This document shows positions 1-7,335 of a DNA stretch of 32,000 nucleotides, one piece after another. Numbering within the stretch: position 1 is the first letter of the stretch; the number at the start of each line of letters is the position of its first letter. The position numbers and the translations under genes were made by a program. Source of the DNA: Kineococcus radiotolerans SRS30216 = ATCC BAA-149 (GTDB taxonomy: Bacteria; Actinomycetota; Actinomycetes; Actinomycetales; Kineococcaceae); NCBI RefSeq assembly GCF_000017305.1, contig NC_009664.2, forward strand, positions 3,390,001 through 3,422,000, read 5' to 3'. The notes below the pieces were generated by a model, which searched no databases, was not told where the DNA came from, and was given only the letters and a program-made list of their open reading frames with translations.

Positions 1-2
1 TG

Positions 3-362
3 AGCCTGGAACGGCCGTCGGTCATCCTGCTGACCCGCTACGTCCGCGTCCCCCGCGGGCAGGTGGTCCCGGTCAGCCGGCGCGGCGTCCTGCGCCGCGA
101 CCACCAGCGCTGCGCCTACTGCCGCGGGCACGCCACGACCATCGACCACGTCCTGCCGCGCAGCCGCCGGGGGCCGGACACCTGGGAGAACCTCGTGGCC
201 TGCTGCGTGCGGTGCAACAACGCCAAGGGCGACCGCACCCCCGAGGAGATGGGCTGGAGCATGCCCTTCCGGCCCACCGCGCCCCGCGGGGCGTCCTGGG
301 CGGTGCGGGGCGCCGAGCAGCCCGACCCGCGCTGGGACGAGTTCCTGGCCGCGGCCGCCTGA
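3..362 (+). CDS. HNH endonuclease (McrA-like), 5' end truncated by window edge
   Basis: Frame 3 is open from base 3 (SLERPSVILLTRYVRVPRGQ precedes the GTG at 63 listed in the track). It carries the HNH/zinc-knuckle pattern CAYCRG...TIDHVLPRSRRG...WENLVACCVRCNNAKGDRTPEE. Stop TGA at 360-362. Confidence 0.85.
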   Translation, partial: SLERPSVILLTRYVRVPRGQVVPVSRRGVLRRDHQRCAYCRGHATTIDHVLPRSRRGPDTWENLVACCVRCNNAKGDRTPEEMGWSMPFRPTAPRGASWAVRGAEQPDPRWDEFLAAAA

Positions 363-374
363 GGCCCGAAAACC

Positions 375-400
375 GCGAGCCCCCCGGGGGCCCGGCTCGC
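375..400 (+). terminator. GC hairpin between the HNH gene and the ABC gene (possible I-shaped terminator)
   Basis: GCGAGCC (375-381) pairs perfectly with GGCTCGC (394-400) around a C4G5C3 loop. It lies 13 nt after the HNH stop and has no U-tract. Confidence 0.3.
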
Positions 401-406
401 TAGCGT
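401..406 (+). promoter_or_regulatory. -10-like hexamer TAGCGT, 6 nt upstream of GTG 413 (leaderless ABC transcript predicted)
   Basis: TAGCGT matches the actinobacterial TANNNT -10 consensus. The spacer CGGGAC is exactly 6 nt, then the start codon. No Shine-Dalgarno sequence is present. Confidence 0.4.
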
Positions 407-412
407 CGGGAC

Positions 413-3400
413 GTGCCCCACCGCCCGGCCGGACGTCCCGGCCTGACCCCCCGGCGGCTCGCGGGCCCCCTGACGAGCACCGCGGTGGCCCTCGGCGTCG
501 CCGCGGCCACCGCGGAGACCCTCGGCGCCGTCGTCACCGGGCGCATCGCCGGGAACCCCACCGCGGGGCTGCTCGCCGTCCTCGCCGCGCTCGTCGTCGG
601 GGCCAGCGCCCTCGACACCCTCGGGCGGGTGGCGCTCGCCGCCGCCGTCGGGCGGGCCGAGGGCGCGCTGCGCGCCGACCTGCTCGCCGCCGCCTTCGCC
701 CAGCCCGTCCCCGCCCTGGCCGAGCAGGCCGTCGGGGAGGTCATCGACCGCGTCGACGACGACCCCCGCCAGCTCGCCCGGCTGCTGCGCGAAGCGGTGT
801 GGAACCTCGGGCGCGGGCTCGTCCGCTCCCTCATCGGCTGGGTCGTGGCCGGTCTCGTGTGGTGGCCGGCGTGGATCGCGTTCCCCGTCGTCGCCGTCGT
901 CGTCTGGCTGTCCGTGCGCCGGCTCACCCCGCTGCTGGTGCAGCGCAAGGTCGCCGAGGAGGTCGCCTGGACCGACCACGCCGCCCAGCTGGAGGAGGCC
1001 GTCGCCGGTCGCGACGACGTCCGCTCCAGCCTGGGGCAGCCGCACGTCGTGCGCCGCTACGCCCAGCTCGCCGCCGGCGTCCTCACCCGCGTCCGCGCCA
1101 CCAGCGACCTCGCCGCCACCGTCGCCCGCCGGACCACCCTCGTGCTGGCCCTCGTCTGCTCCGCGCTCGTCGTCGGCGGGACCGCGCTCGTCGCCGACGG
1201 CCGGCTCGGCGTCGCGCAGCTCGTCACCGTCTGGCTGCTGTCCGCGGGCTTCGCCGGCGACCTCACCCAGATCAGCGAGCGCCTCCCCGAGGTCCAGGCC
1301 GGCTTCGGCGCGGTGCAGCGCATCCGCGCGCTGCTGCAGGCCCCGTCCGAGCCCGTGGGCGGGGCGCCCGTCCCCCCGGGCCCGCTGGGCGTGGCGTTCC
1401 GGGGGGTCCGCTTCGCCCACCCCGGCGGGTTCGCGCTGCGCGACGTGGAGCTGGAGGTCCCCACCGGGACGACCTGCGCCCTCGTCGGGCGCAGCGGCTC
1501 GGGCAAGTCCACGCTGGCCGCGCTGCTCTCCCGCGCCCTGGAACCACCGCCCGGTGCGGTGCTCCTCGGCGGCGCCGACGTCACCGGGCTCGACCTGCAC
1601 CAGCTGCGGCGGGCCGTGGGGGTCGTCACCCAGCGCACCGAGCTGCTGGCCGGGACCCTGCGCCGCAACATCACCCTCGACGCCGACGTCGCGCCCGAGC
1701 GGGTCGACGCCGCCGTGGACTCCCTGGGCCTGCGCGACTGGGTCGCGGGGCTGCCCGCCGGCCTGGAGACCCGCCTCGGCCCCGGCGGGACCACCCTCTC
1801 CGCCGGGGAGGAGCAGCTCGTCGCCTTCGCCCGCCTCCTCGTGCGCGACGTGCGCGTCGTCGTCCTCGACGAGGCCACCGCCCGGATGGACCCCGTCACC
1901 GAGCACCGCGTCACCGCCGCCGCGCAGCGCCTGCTCGCCGGCCGCACCGGCCTGCTCATCGCCCACCGGCTCTCCACCACCGCCCGCGCCGACGGGGTCG
2001 CTGTCCTCGAGGACGGCCGGGTCGTGCAGCGCGGGCCGCGCGAGGAGCTCGCCCGCACCCCCGGCCCCTTCGCGGACCTGCTGCGCGCCGGCGGGCACGA
2101 GGAGCTCGCCGAGGAGCACCACGACGGGTCCGTGCTGCTGCCCCGGCCCCGCCGCCACCCGCGCGGGGAAGCCGGCGCCGCCCGTCCCCGGCTGGCCCGC
2201 GCGGTGTGGGCGGCGATCACCCGGTACAAGCGGTGGGGCGTGCTCGGCGCCGTCCTCTTCGCCGCCGTCTCGGTGATCGGGCTCTACGGGGCGGTCGAGG
2301 GCTGGTTGTGGGGCCTCGTCGTCGAGGGCCTGCAGCGCGGCGGGGGGTGGGAGGAGGTCCGGGTCCCGGCCGCGGCCCTCGTCCTCACCCTGCTCGCCGT
2401 CCCGTTCGCGCTCAGCGGGGCCCTGCGCGTCTACCCGCTGTGGTGGAACGCCGTCACCCTGTCGACGCGGCTGGCGGTGCTGCGCGGGCAGACCCGCCAG
2501 CGCCGGCTGACCCGCGTCCCGGCCGGCGAGGTCGCCGCCCGCTGCCTGGACTCCGAGCGCTTCGTCCTCTACGTCGACCGCTGCGTCGACGTCGTCATCG
2601 GCCTCTTCGTGGCCACCGTCACCGCCGCCGTCGCCCGCGACCTGACCGCCGGGGCCGTCGTGGCCGCCGTCATGGTCGGCTCCGCCGCGGTCTCCGTCGC
2701 CGGGACGGGGGTCTCGGGCCGCCGCGGGCGCGCCGCCGGGGACGCGCGCGCCGCCTTCGGGCGCGAGCTCGGCTCGGCCGTCGACGCCGCGCGGACGGTG
2801 AAGCTCGCCGCCGCGGTGCCCGACGTCCTCGCCTCCCTGGCCCGGGTCGACGCGGCCCGGGTCCGAGCCTCGGTCGGGGAGTTCCGGGTCCGCGCCCTCC
2901 TCGAGGGCGTCCCCGGGGTCCTCGTGCAGTGCGGGGTCGTCGCCACCTGGCTGCTGCACCTGCTCGGCCGCTGGTCGCTGGCCGACGCGCTGCTCGTCTC
3001 CACCGCCGTCGCCGGCGCCTCCTACTACGGCACCGTCGCCGGCGCCGTCATCACCGAGGCCCCCGTCGCGCGGGAGTGGCTGCGCGCGGTGACCGCCCTG
3101 TCCGGCACCGGCGACGTCGTCCGCCTCCCGCCCGGGATCGACCTCGTGCGCGGCACCGCGCCCCCTCCCGCGACCCCGCCCAAGCAGCCGCTGCGGCGGT
3201 TGTCCGCGCACGGGTTCGCGGCCGTGCACGACGACGGGACCGTCGGCGTGCAGGACGTCGACCTGCAGGTCGAGGCGGGGGAGCTGGTGCTGCTCACCGG
3301 CCGCGTCGGCTCGGGGAAGTCCAGCCTGCTCGCGGCGCTGGCCGGTCTCGTCGACCACGAGGGGTCGCTGCGCTGGAACGGTTCGGAGGTGGAGGACCCC

Positions 3401-3880
3401 CAGACGTTCCTGCGCCCGGGGCAGGTCGGCTACGTCGCCCAGGTGCCGCGGGTGCTCTCGGGCAGCTTCACCGACAACGTGACCCTCGACCACCCCCACG
3501 CCCGCGCCCTGGCCGCGCGCGCCGTGCGCGACGCCCGCCTGGCCCGCGACGTCACCGCCGCCGGCGGCGACGGCGCGCTCATCGGGCACCGGGGCGTCCG
3601 GCTCTCCGGCGGGCAGGTGCAGCGCCTGGCGCTGGCCCGCGCGCTCGCGACCGGCGCGGACCTCCTCGTCGCCGACGACGTGTCCTCCGCGCTGGACGCC
3701 CGCACCGAGCTGGAGCTGTGGGAGGCGTTGCGGGACAGGGGGACCACGGTCATCGGGTCCTCCTCCAAGCGGTCCGCGCTGCGGGCCGCGGACCGGGTCG
3801 TGGTCCTCGTCGAGGGCCGGGTCGCGGCGAGCGGGCCGTGGGCGGAGCTGGAGGGGGAGTGGGGGTTCCTCGCCGGGTGA
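413..3880 (+). CDS. Single-polypeptide ABC exporter, TMD-NBD-TMD-NBD (type I exporter fold, fused heterodimer-like)
   Basis: 1155 aa. Two hydrophobic multi-helix blocks are each followed by an NBD. NBD1: Walker A GRSGSGKST (1487-1513), signature LSAGEEQ (1796-1816), Walker B VVVLDE (D-E at 1877-1882), H-loop IAHR (His 1964-1966). NBD2: Walker A GRVGSGKSS (3299-3325), signature LSGGQ (3602-3616), Walker B LLVADD (3662-3679). Confidence 0.92.
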   Translation: MPHRPAGRPGLTPRRLAGPLTSTAVALGVAAATAETLGAVVTGRIAGNPTAGLLAVLAALVVGASALDTLGRVALAAAVGRAEGALRADLLAAAFAQPVPALAEQAVGEVIDRVDDDPRQLARLLREAVWNLGRGLVRSLIGWVVAGLVWWPAWIAFPVVAVVVWLSVRRLTPLLVQRKVAEEVAWTDHAAQLEEAVAGRDDVRSSLGQPHVVRRYAQLAAGVLTRVRATSDLAATVARRTTLVLALVCSALVVGGTALVADGRLGVAQLVTVWLLSAGFAGDLTQISERLPEVQAGFGAVQRIRALLQAPSEPVGGAPVPPGPLGVAFRGVRFAHPGGFALRDVELEVPTGTTCALVGRSGSGKSTLAALLSRALEPPPGAVLLGGADVTGLDLHQLRRAVGVVTQRTELLAGTLRRNITLDADVAPERVDAAVDSLGLRDWVAGLPAGLETRLGPGGTTLSAGEEQLVAFARLLVRDVRVVVLDEATARMDPVTEHRVTAAAQRLLAGRTGLLIAHRLSTTARADGVAVLEDGRVVQRGPREELARTPGPFADLLRAGGHEELAEEHHDGSVLLPRPRRHPRGEAGAARPRLARAVWAAITRYKRWGVLGAVLFAAVSVIGLYGAVEGWLWGLVVEGLQRGGGWEEVRVPAAALVLTLLAVPFALSGALRVYPLWWNAVTLSTRLAVLRGQTRQRRLTRVPAGEVAARCLDSERFVLYVDRCVDVVIGLFVATVTAAVARDLTAGAVVAAVMVGSAAVSVAGTGVSGRRGRAAGDARAAFGRELGSAVDAARTVKLAAAVPDVLASLARVDAARVRASVGEFRVRALLEGVPGVLVQCGVVATWLLHLLGRWSLADALLVSTAVAGASYYGTVAGAVITEAPVAREWLRAVTALSGTGDVVRLPPGIDLVRGTAPPPATPPKQPLRRLSAHGFAAVHDDGTVGVQDVDLQVEAGELVLLTGRVGSGKSSLLAALAGLVDHEGSLRWNGSEVEDPQTFLRPGQVGYVAQVPRVLSGSFTDNVTLDHPHARALAARAVRDARLARDVTAAGGDGALIGHRGVRLSGGQVQRLALARALATGADLLVADDVSSALDARTELELWEALRDRGTTVIGSSSKRSALRAADRVVVLVEGRVAASGPWAELEGEWGFLAG

Positions 3881-3960
3881 GCGGCCCCGGGACGATCGAC
3901 GCGGACGGGTCAGACCTGCGGGGGAGGTGGGCTCCGCCGGCGGGTGCGACCCTGGAGGGC

Positions 3961-4305
3961 ATGGACGAGAACAAGTGGCAGGGCGAGTCGATCGACTCGG
4001 TGCTGCGGGGGCTGCTCCGGCAGGGCCGGCTGGACCCGCAGGCGGAGCGCTTCGCGGCGCAGGGCATCGACCGGCTCAAGGCGTTCCTCGGGACCACCCC
4101 GGGCGCCTCGACGAGCACCGCCGGGGACGCCGCGGTGGACGCCGAGGTCGAGGCTGAGGTCGTGGCGAGCGGGCGCGAGATGCTCATGCACACCATCCCG
4201 CTGCCCGACGGCACGCGCGTGGAGGTCCTCGTGCCCGAGCGGCTGACCCGCGCCGAAGCCGACCGGGTCGCCGCGGTGCTCTCCGCGTTGGCCGTGGAGG
4301 AGTGA
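3961..4305 (+). CDS. Hypothetical small protein (114 aa), no recognisable domain
   Basis: ATG 3961 is preceded by GGAGGG (3954-3959, very short spacing). GC3 is high. Its stop overlaps the next gene's GTG (GTGA at 4302-4305). An alternative in-frame GTG at 3877 overlaps the ABC stop codon (GTGA at 3877-3880) and would give 142 aa. Confidence 0.6.
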   Translation: MDENKWQGESIDSVLRGLLRQGRLDPQAERFAAQGIDRLKAFLGTTPGASTSTAGDAAVDAEVEAEVVASGREMLMHTIPLPDGTRVEVLVPERLTRAEADRVAAVLSALAVEE

Positions 4306-4520
4306 GCGTCCTCGACGTCGAGGTCACCGGGACCGTGCGGCTGGGGCAGTTCCTCAAGCTGGCCGGGGCCGTCGACTCCGGGGGCGAGGCGCGCGAGGTG
4401 CTGCTCGCCGGGCAGGTCACCGTCAACGAGGAGCCCGAGGACCGCCGGGGGCGTCAGCTCTCCGACGGCGACGTCGTGGCCCTCGGGACGTCGGCGTGGC
4501 GGGTGCTGGTCGAGGGGTGA
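4302..4520 (+). CDS. S4-domain RNA-binding protein (YbcJ/YaaA-like, S4_2 type)
   Basis: 72 aa with the pattern VRLGQFLKLAG...SGGEAREVLLAGQVTVNEEPEDRRGRQLSDGDVV, typical of small ribosome-associated S4-like proteins. It is translationally coupled to the upstream ORF. Confidence 0.85.
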   Translation: MSVLDVEVTGTVRLGQFLKLAGAVDSGGEAREVLLAGQVTVNEEPEDRRGRQLSDGDVVALGTSAWRVLVEG

Positions 4521-4537
4521 GCCGCGCGGCTCACCCC
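4514..4537. terminator. Bidirectional hairpin between convergent genes; both stop codons lie in the stem
   Basis: GGGGTGAGCC (4514-4523), loop GCGC, GGCTCACCCC (4528-4537): a perfect 10-bp stem. TGA 4518-4520 (plus-strand gene) and TCA 4531-4533 (stop of the minus-strand gene) pair with each other. Confidence 0.55.
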
Positions 4538-5355
4538 CGCACCCCCGCCGCCGCCAGGACCGCGTCGGCGACGGCGCGGGGGGCGAGCTCGGGGATCCAG
4601 TGGCCGGTGGGCAGGGCCACCTCGCGGTAGGGGCCGCGCACCTGCGCGGCGGTGCCGGCGACGGCGGCGCGGGAGTAGAACGGGTCCGCCAGCCCGTGCA
4701 GGTAGGTCACCGGGACCTCGACCGGGCCGACCGTGCCGGCCCGGGGCAGGGCGCGGTACCAGTTCAGCGCGGCGCGCAGGCTGCCCGGCTGCGCGTGCCG
4801 GCGGGCGTAGCCGGCGGCCAGGTCCGCGGGCAGCCCGGTGCGGCGCAGGGAACGGGCCAGGACGGCGCCGCCCCCGGCCAGCAGCACCCGCTCGGGCACC
4901 CCGGGCAGCTGGAAGAACGCGACGTAGGTGGAGCGCAGGGCCTGCGAGGACGTCGTCACCGCCGCCCGGAAGGCCGCCGGGTGGGCCTGCGAGAGCGCGG
5001 TCAGCGAGGCGACGCGGGTGGGGTGGCGGGCCGCGACGGTCCAGGCCACCACCCCGCCCCAGTCGTGGCCGACGAGGTGGACGCGCCCGGCGCCGGCGGC
5101 GTCGACGAGGGCGACGACGTCGGCGACGAGCTCCGCGAGGGCGTAGTCGCCCCGGCGCGGGGGCCGGGCGGTGGGGCAGTAGCCGCGCTGCTCGGGGACC
5201 AGGACCCGCAGCCCGCCCGCGGTCAGCCGCGGGACGACGGCGTCGTAGGCCTCCGGTCCCTGCGGGAACCCGTGCAGGCAGACGACGACGTCGCCGTCGG
5301 GGTCGCCGGAGTCGGAGGTGGCGAAGCGCAACCCGTCGCGGGAGAAGCCGTCCAT
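4531..5355 (-). CDS. Alpha/beta-fold hydrolase, epoxide-hydrolase/haloalkane-dehalogenase-like
   Basis: 274 aa. HGFP oxyanion motif, nucleophile elbow GHDWGG, C-terminal [11 protein letters not shown] at 5355 is preceded by GGAGGAGAG. The track ORF 4531..5937 over-extends into the antisense of the neighbouring gene. Confidence 0.88.
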   Translation of the reverse strand: MDGFSRDGLRFATSDSGDPDGDVVVCLHGFPQGPEAYDAVVPRLTAGGLRVLVPEQRGYCPTARPPRRGDYALAELVADVVALVDAAGAGRVHLVGHDWGGVVAWTVAARHPTRVASLTALSQAHPAAFRAAVTTSSQALRSTYVAFFQLPGVPERVLLAGGGAVLARSLRRTGLPADLAAGYARRHAQPGSLRAALNWYRALPRAGTVGPVEVPVTYLHGLADPFYSRAAVAGTAAQVRGPYREVALPTGHWIPELAPRAVADAVLAAAGVRG

Positions 5356-5479
5356 CGGCCCACTCTCCTCCCGCCCGCCACCGCTGGGCCGTCCGGGTCC
5401 CCTCCGCTCGGCCCATCGCCCCCACCGGGTGTCCCGCCGATGCAGCGGGGAGCAGATCGACCGTCCTGAGGAGCCCCCC

Positions 5480-6961
5480 GTGCCGAACGAGCCCACCCAC
5501 CGCCTGGTCCTCGGCCTGAGCGCCGCGATGGTCCTGGCCCTGTCGTCGGCGGCCGTGACGGCCCCCGCGCAGGCCGCCGGCGACGGCGCCGCCGCCCGCG
5601 ACGTCCTGGAGGTCGAGGTCCGTCCCGCGATCGCCACGCCCAGCGGGGTGGTGACGGTGGTGGCGGAGTACGACGCCCGCCACCGGGCCGACGACTCCGA
5701 GGACTCCGGCGATGACTCCGGCGATGACTCCGGCGACGACTCCGGCGACGCGGCCGACGACTCCGACGGCGCGGGCGGTTCGGGTGACGACCCCGGCGCC
5801 GGCGCGCCGGCGCCGCTGAGCACCCTCAAGGCCCCCGCCACCGGGGCCGTGGCCCTGAGCGTGGACTTCGGCGACGGCTCGGCCCCCGAGGCGATGCGCG
5901 TCGTCGGGTCCGCGGCCACGCCGAAGGCGTTCGGCAAGCACCGCTACACCACGGCCGGCACCTTCACCGTCACCGTCACCGCCACGCCGTCGACCGGTAC
6001 GCCGGTCAGCGTGCCCGTGCAGGTCCAGGTCGGCCGGGGCAGCGCCCGCCTCGCCGGGGCGGACCGCTTCGAGACGGCGAACCGGCTGGCCCGGGAGGAC
6101 TTCCCCACCGACGGGGAGGCCGGTGCCGTGCTGCTGGCCCGTTCCGACGGCTTCGCCGACGCCCTCGCCGCCGCTCCGGCGGCGCTGCTGGCCGAGGCCC
6201 CGGTCCTGCTGACCCCCACCGCGGACCTCCCCGACAGCGTGCACCGGGAGATCGCCCGGGCGCTGGGCGCGAGCGGGAAGGTCTACGTCCTCGGCGGGGA
6301 GGGGGCCGTCAGCCCGGCCGTCGTGACCGAGCTGGAGGCCTCCGGGTACGAGGTGGTCCGCATCGCCGGTCGGGACCGGGTCGAGACGGCGCTCCTGCTG
6401 GCGCGGTTCCTCGTCGACTCCGGGGCGCGGGTGGACGAGGTCGTCCTGACCGGCAGCCTGAACTTCCCCGACGCGCTCTCGGGAGCCGCGTTCGCGGCGA
6501 GCACCGACGCCCCCGTGCTCCTCACCGCGCCCGGCGCCCTGGACCCGCGGGTCGCGGCGTTCCTGGCGCAGCTGGGTCCCGTGCGGGTCCTGGTGACCGG
6601 GGGGACGAGCTCGGTCGGCGACGCGGTGGTGGCCGAGCTGACCGCGGCGGGCCACCGGGTCCAGCGGCTGGCCGGGGCGGACCGCTACGAGACCTCCGCC
6701 GAGGTCGCCACCGAGCTGTTCCCGGCGGCGACGACGGTCGTGCTGGCGACGGGGAGGAACTTCCCCGACGCCCTCGCCGGGGCGCCCGCGGCCGGGCGGC
6801 GGGGAGCGCCGGTCCTGCTCGTCGGGACCGAGCTCGCCCCGTCGGTGCGGGAGTACCTGCGCGCCGGCGCGGGGCGGATCGAGGCGGTGTACGTCCTCGG
6901 CGGCGAGGGCACCGTCCCGGCGGGCGTGCTCTCCGAGGTCGACGCGATCCTCGGGTCGTGA
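5480..6961 (+). CDS. Secreted cell-wall-binding protein: signal peptide, acidic (DDSG)n linker, PKD-like domain, 3x cell-wall-binding repeat 2 (CWB2)
   Basis: GTG 5480 with GAGGAG (5468-5473) 6 nt upstream. Signal-like LVLGLSAAMVLALSSAAVTAPAQA. PKD-like VDFGDGS...GKHRYTTAGTFTVTVTA. Three units of about 103 aa begin R(L/I)AG(A/R)DR(F/V/Y)ET at 6047, 6359 and 6665, each with FPDAL/FADAL and VLGG motifs. Confidence 0.85.
   Translation: MPNEPTHRLVLGLSAAMVLALSSAAVTAPAQAAGDGAAARDVLEVEVRPAIATPSGVVTVVAEYDARHRADDSEDSGDDSGDDSGDDSGDAADDSDGAGGSGDDPGAGAPAPLSTLKAPATGAVALSVDFGDGSAPEAMRVVGSAATPKAFGKHRYTTAGTFTVTVTATPSTGTPVSVPVQVQVGRGSARLAGADRFETANRLAREDFPTDGEAGAVLLARSDGFADALAAAPAALLAEAPVLLTPTADLPDSVHREIARALGASGKVYVLGGEGAVSPAVVTELEASGYEVVRIAGRDRVETALLLARFLVDSGARVDEVVLTGSLNFPDALSGAAFAASTDAPVLLTAPGALDPRVAAFLAQLGPVRVLVTGGTSSVGDAVVAELTAAGHRVQRLAGADRYETSAEVATELFPAATTVVLATGRNFPDALAGAPAAGRRGAPVLLVGTELAPSVREYLRAGAGRIEAVYVLGGEGTVPAGVLSEVDAILGS
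5690..5770 (+). repeat. In-frame 12-bp tandem repeat encoding (D-S-G-D)n
   Basis: Four adjacent units GACTCCGGCGA(T/C) at 5702-5713, 5714-5725, 5726-5737 and 5738-5749. They are flanked by degenerate copies at 5690-5701 and 5756-5767. Confidence 0.9.
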
Positions 6962-7143
6962 GCCGGGCGCCCCTCAGTCCTCGAGCCCGGCGTCGACGTC
7001 CACCACGGAGCTCACCCTGCGCCCGGGCGGGAGGCTGGGGGGCGTGCAGCCCGCCGCGGGGGCGCCCACCACGTCACCGGGCGCACCCCCGGCGTCGTGA
7101 CGCTGCACCTGCGGGGGCGCAGCGCCGGGTCGTGACCCGCGAG

Positions 7144-7216
7144 CGCGCTCGGAGGGATTCGAACCCCCAACCAACCGGGTAGAAGCCGGTCGCTCTGTCC
7201 GTTGAGCTACGAGCGC
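7144..7216 (-). tRNA. tRNA-Arg (anticodon UCU, decodes AGA)
   Basis: The reverse complement folds as a 73-nt cloverleaf. Acceptor GCGCTCG/CGAGCGC; D arm GCTC..GAGC; anticodon stem ACCGG/CCGGT with loop CTTCTAC; T arm GGGGG-TTCGAAT-CCCTC; discriminator G. CCA is not encoded. Confidence 0.95.
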
Positions 7217-7335
7217 TGACGCCGGCACCCGCGGCCGGCGCGGCCCACCCTAGCGACTCGGGGTCAAGAACACCCCCGGCGCTGACGAGACGACCACGTG
7301 ATCCTCTCCTCGCGACGACCGCTCCGGAGCATGCC

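Noticed and set aside
116-3589. 1157-aa ORF antisense to the ABC exporter gene
   Set aside because: This is a GC-driven shadow ORF. The translation is Gly/Arg/Pro/Asp-rich low complexity with no motif, whereas the opposite strand encodes a complete ABC exporter with all canonical motifs.
799-4305. 1168-aa plus-strand ORF in an alternative frame of the ABC gene
   Set aside because: It is Arg/Pro-rich nonsense across the ABC gene. Only its last part (from ATG 3961, or possibly GTG 3877) looks like a real small gene.
5356-5479. Fragments resembling the ydaO/c-di-AMP riboswitch core (minus strand GAGCGGAGGGGACCCGG; GGTGGGGGCGAT) between the hydrolase and the wall-binding protein genes
   Set aside because: Only short GC-rich fragments match, and their order does not fit the riboswitch architecture. 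The 124-nt gap is too short once the SD and promoters are subtracted, and the downstream gene on that strand is not a typical target. An Infernal scan would settle it.
4531-5937. Over-long N-terminal extensions of real genes in the ORF track (also 5318..6961, 9997..11679, 18535..21060, 19946..22075, 23145..24983, 25203..29309)
   Set aside because: The upstream parts lack stops only because of GC bias. They overlap neighbouring genes or antisense regions, and homology begins at internal starts that have an SD, a -10 element or GTGA coupling. Coordinates were trimmed accordingly.
6974-7108. 44-codon minus-strand ORF (VQRHDAGGAPGDVVGAPAAGCTPPSLPPGRRVSSVVDVDAGLED) downstream of the tRNA, with coding-like GC3
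   Set aside because: No SD or -10 element lies at the right distance. The sequence is low-complexity Gly/Ala/Pro, very short, and sits in a region expected to hold terminators for two convergent units. GC3 alone is weak evidence at this length. It would need Ribo-seq or conservation to revive.
6962-7216. tRNA-Arg as an integration site / genomic island border
   Set aside because: There is no integrase, excisionase or phage gene on either side. I found no direct repeat of the tRNA 3' end elsewhere in the window. The flanking genes have the same extreme GC and codon style as the rest.
7247-7267. Possible tRNA-Arg promoter (minus strand TTGACC 7267-7262 and TAGGGT 7252-7247)
   Set aside because: The two hexamers are only 9 nt apart, incompatible with a -35/-10 pair. 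TAGGGT alone, 30 nt upstream of the mature 5' end, is plausible as a -10, but I cannot support it further without TSS data.
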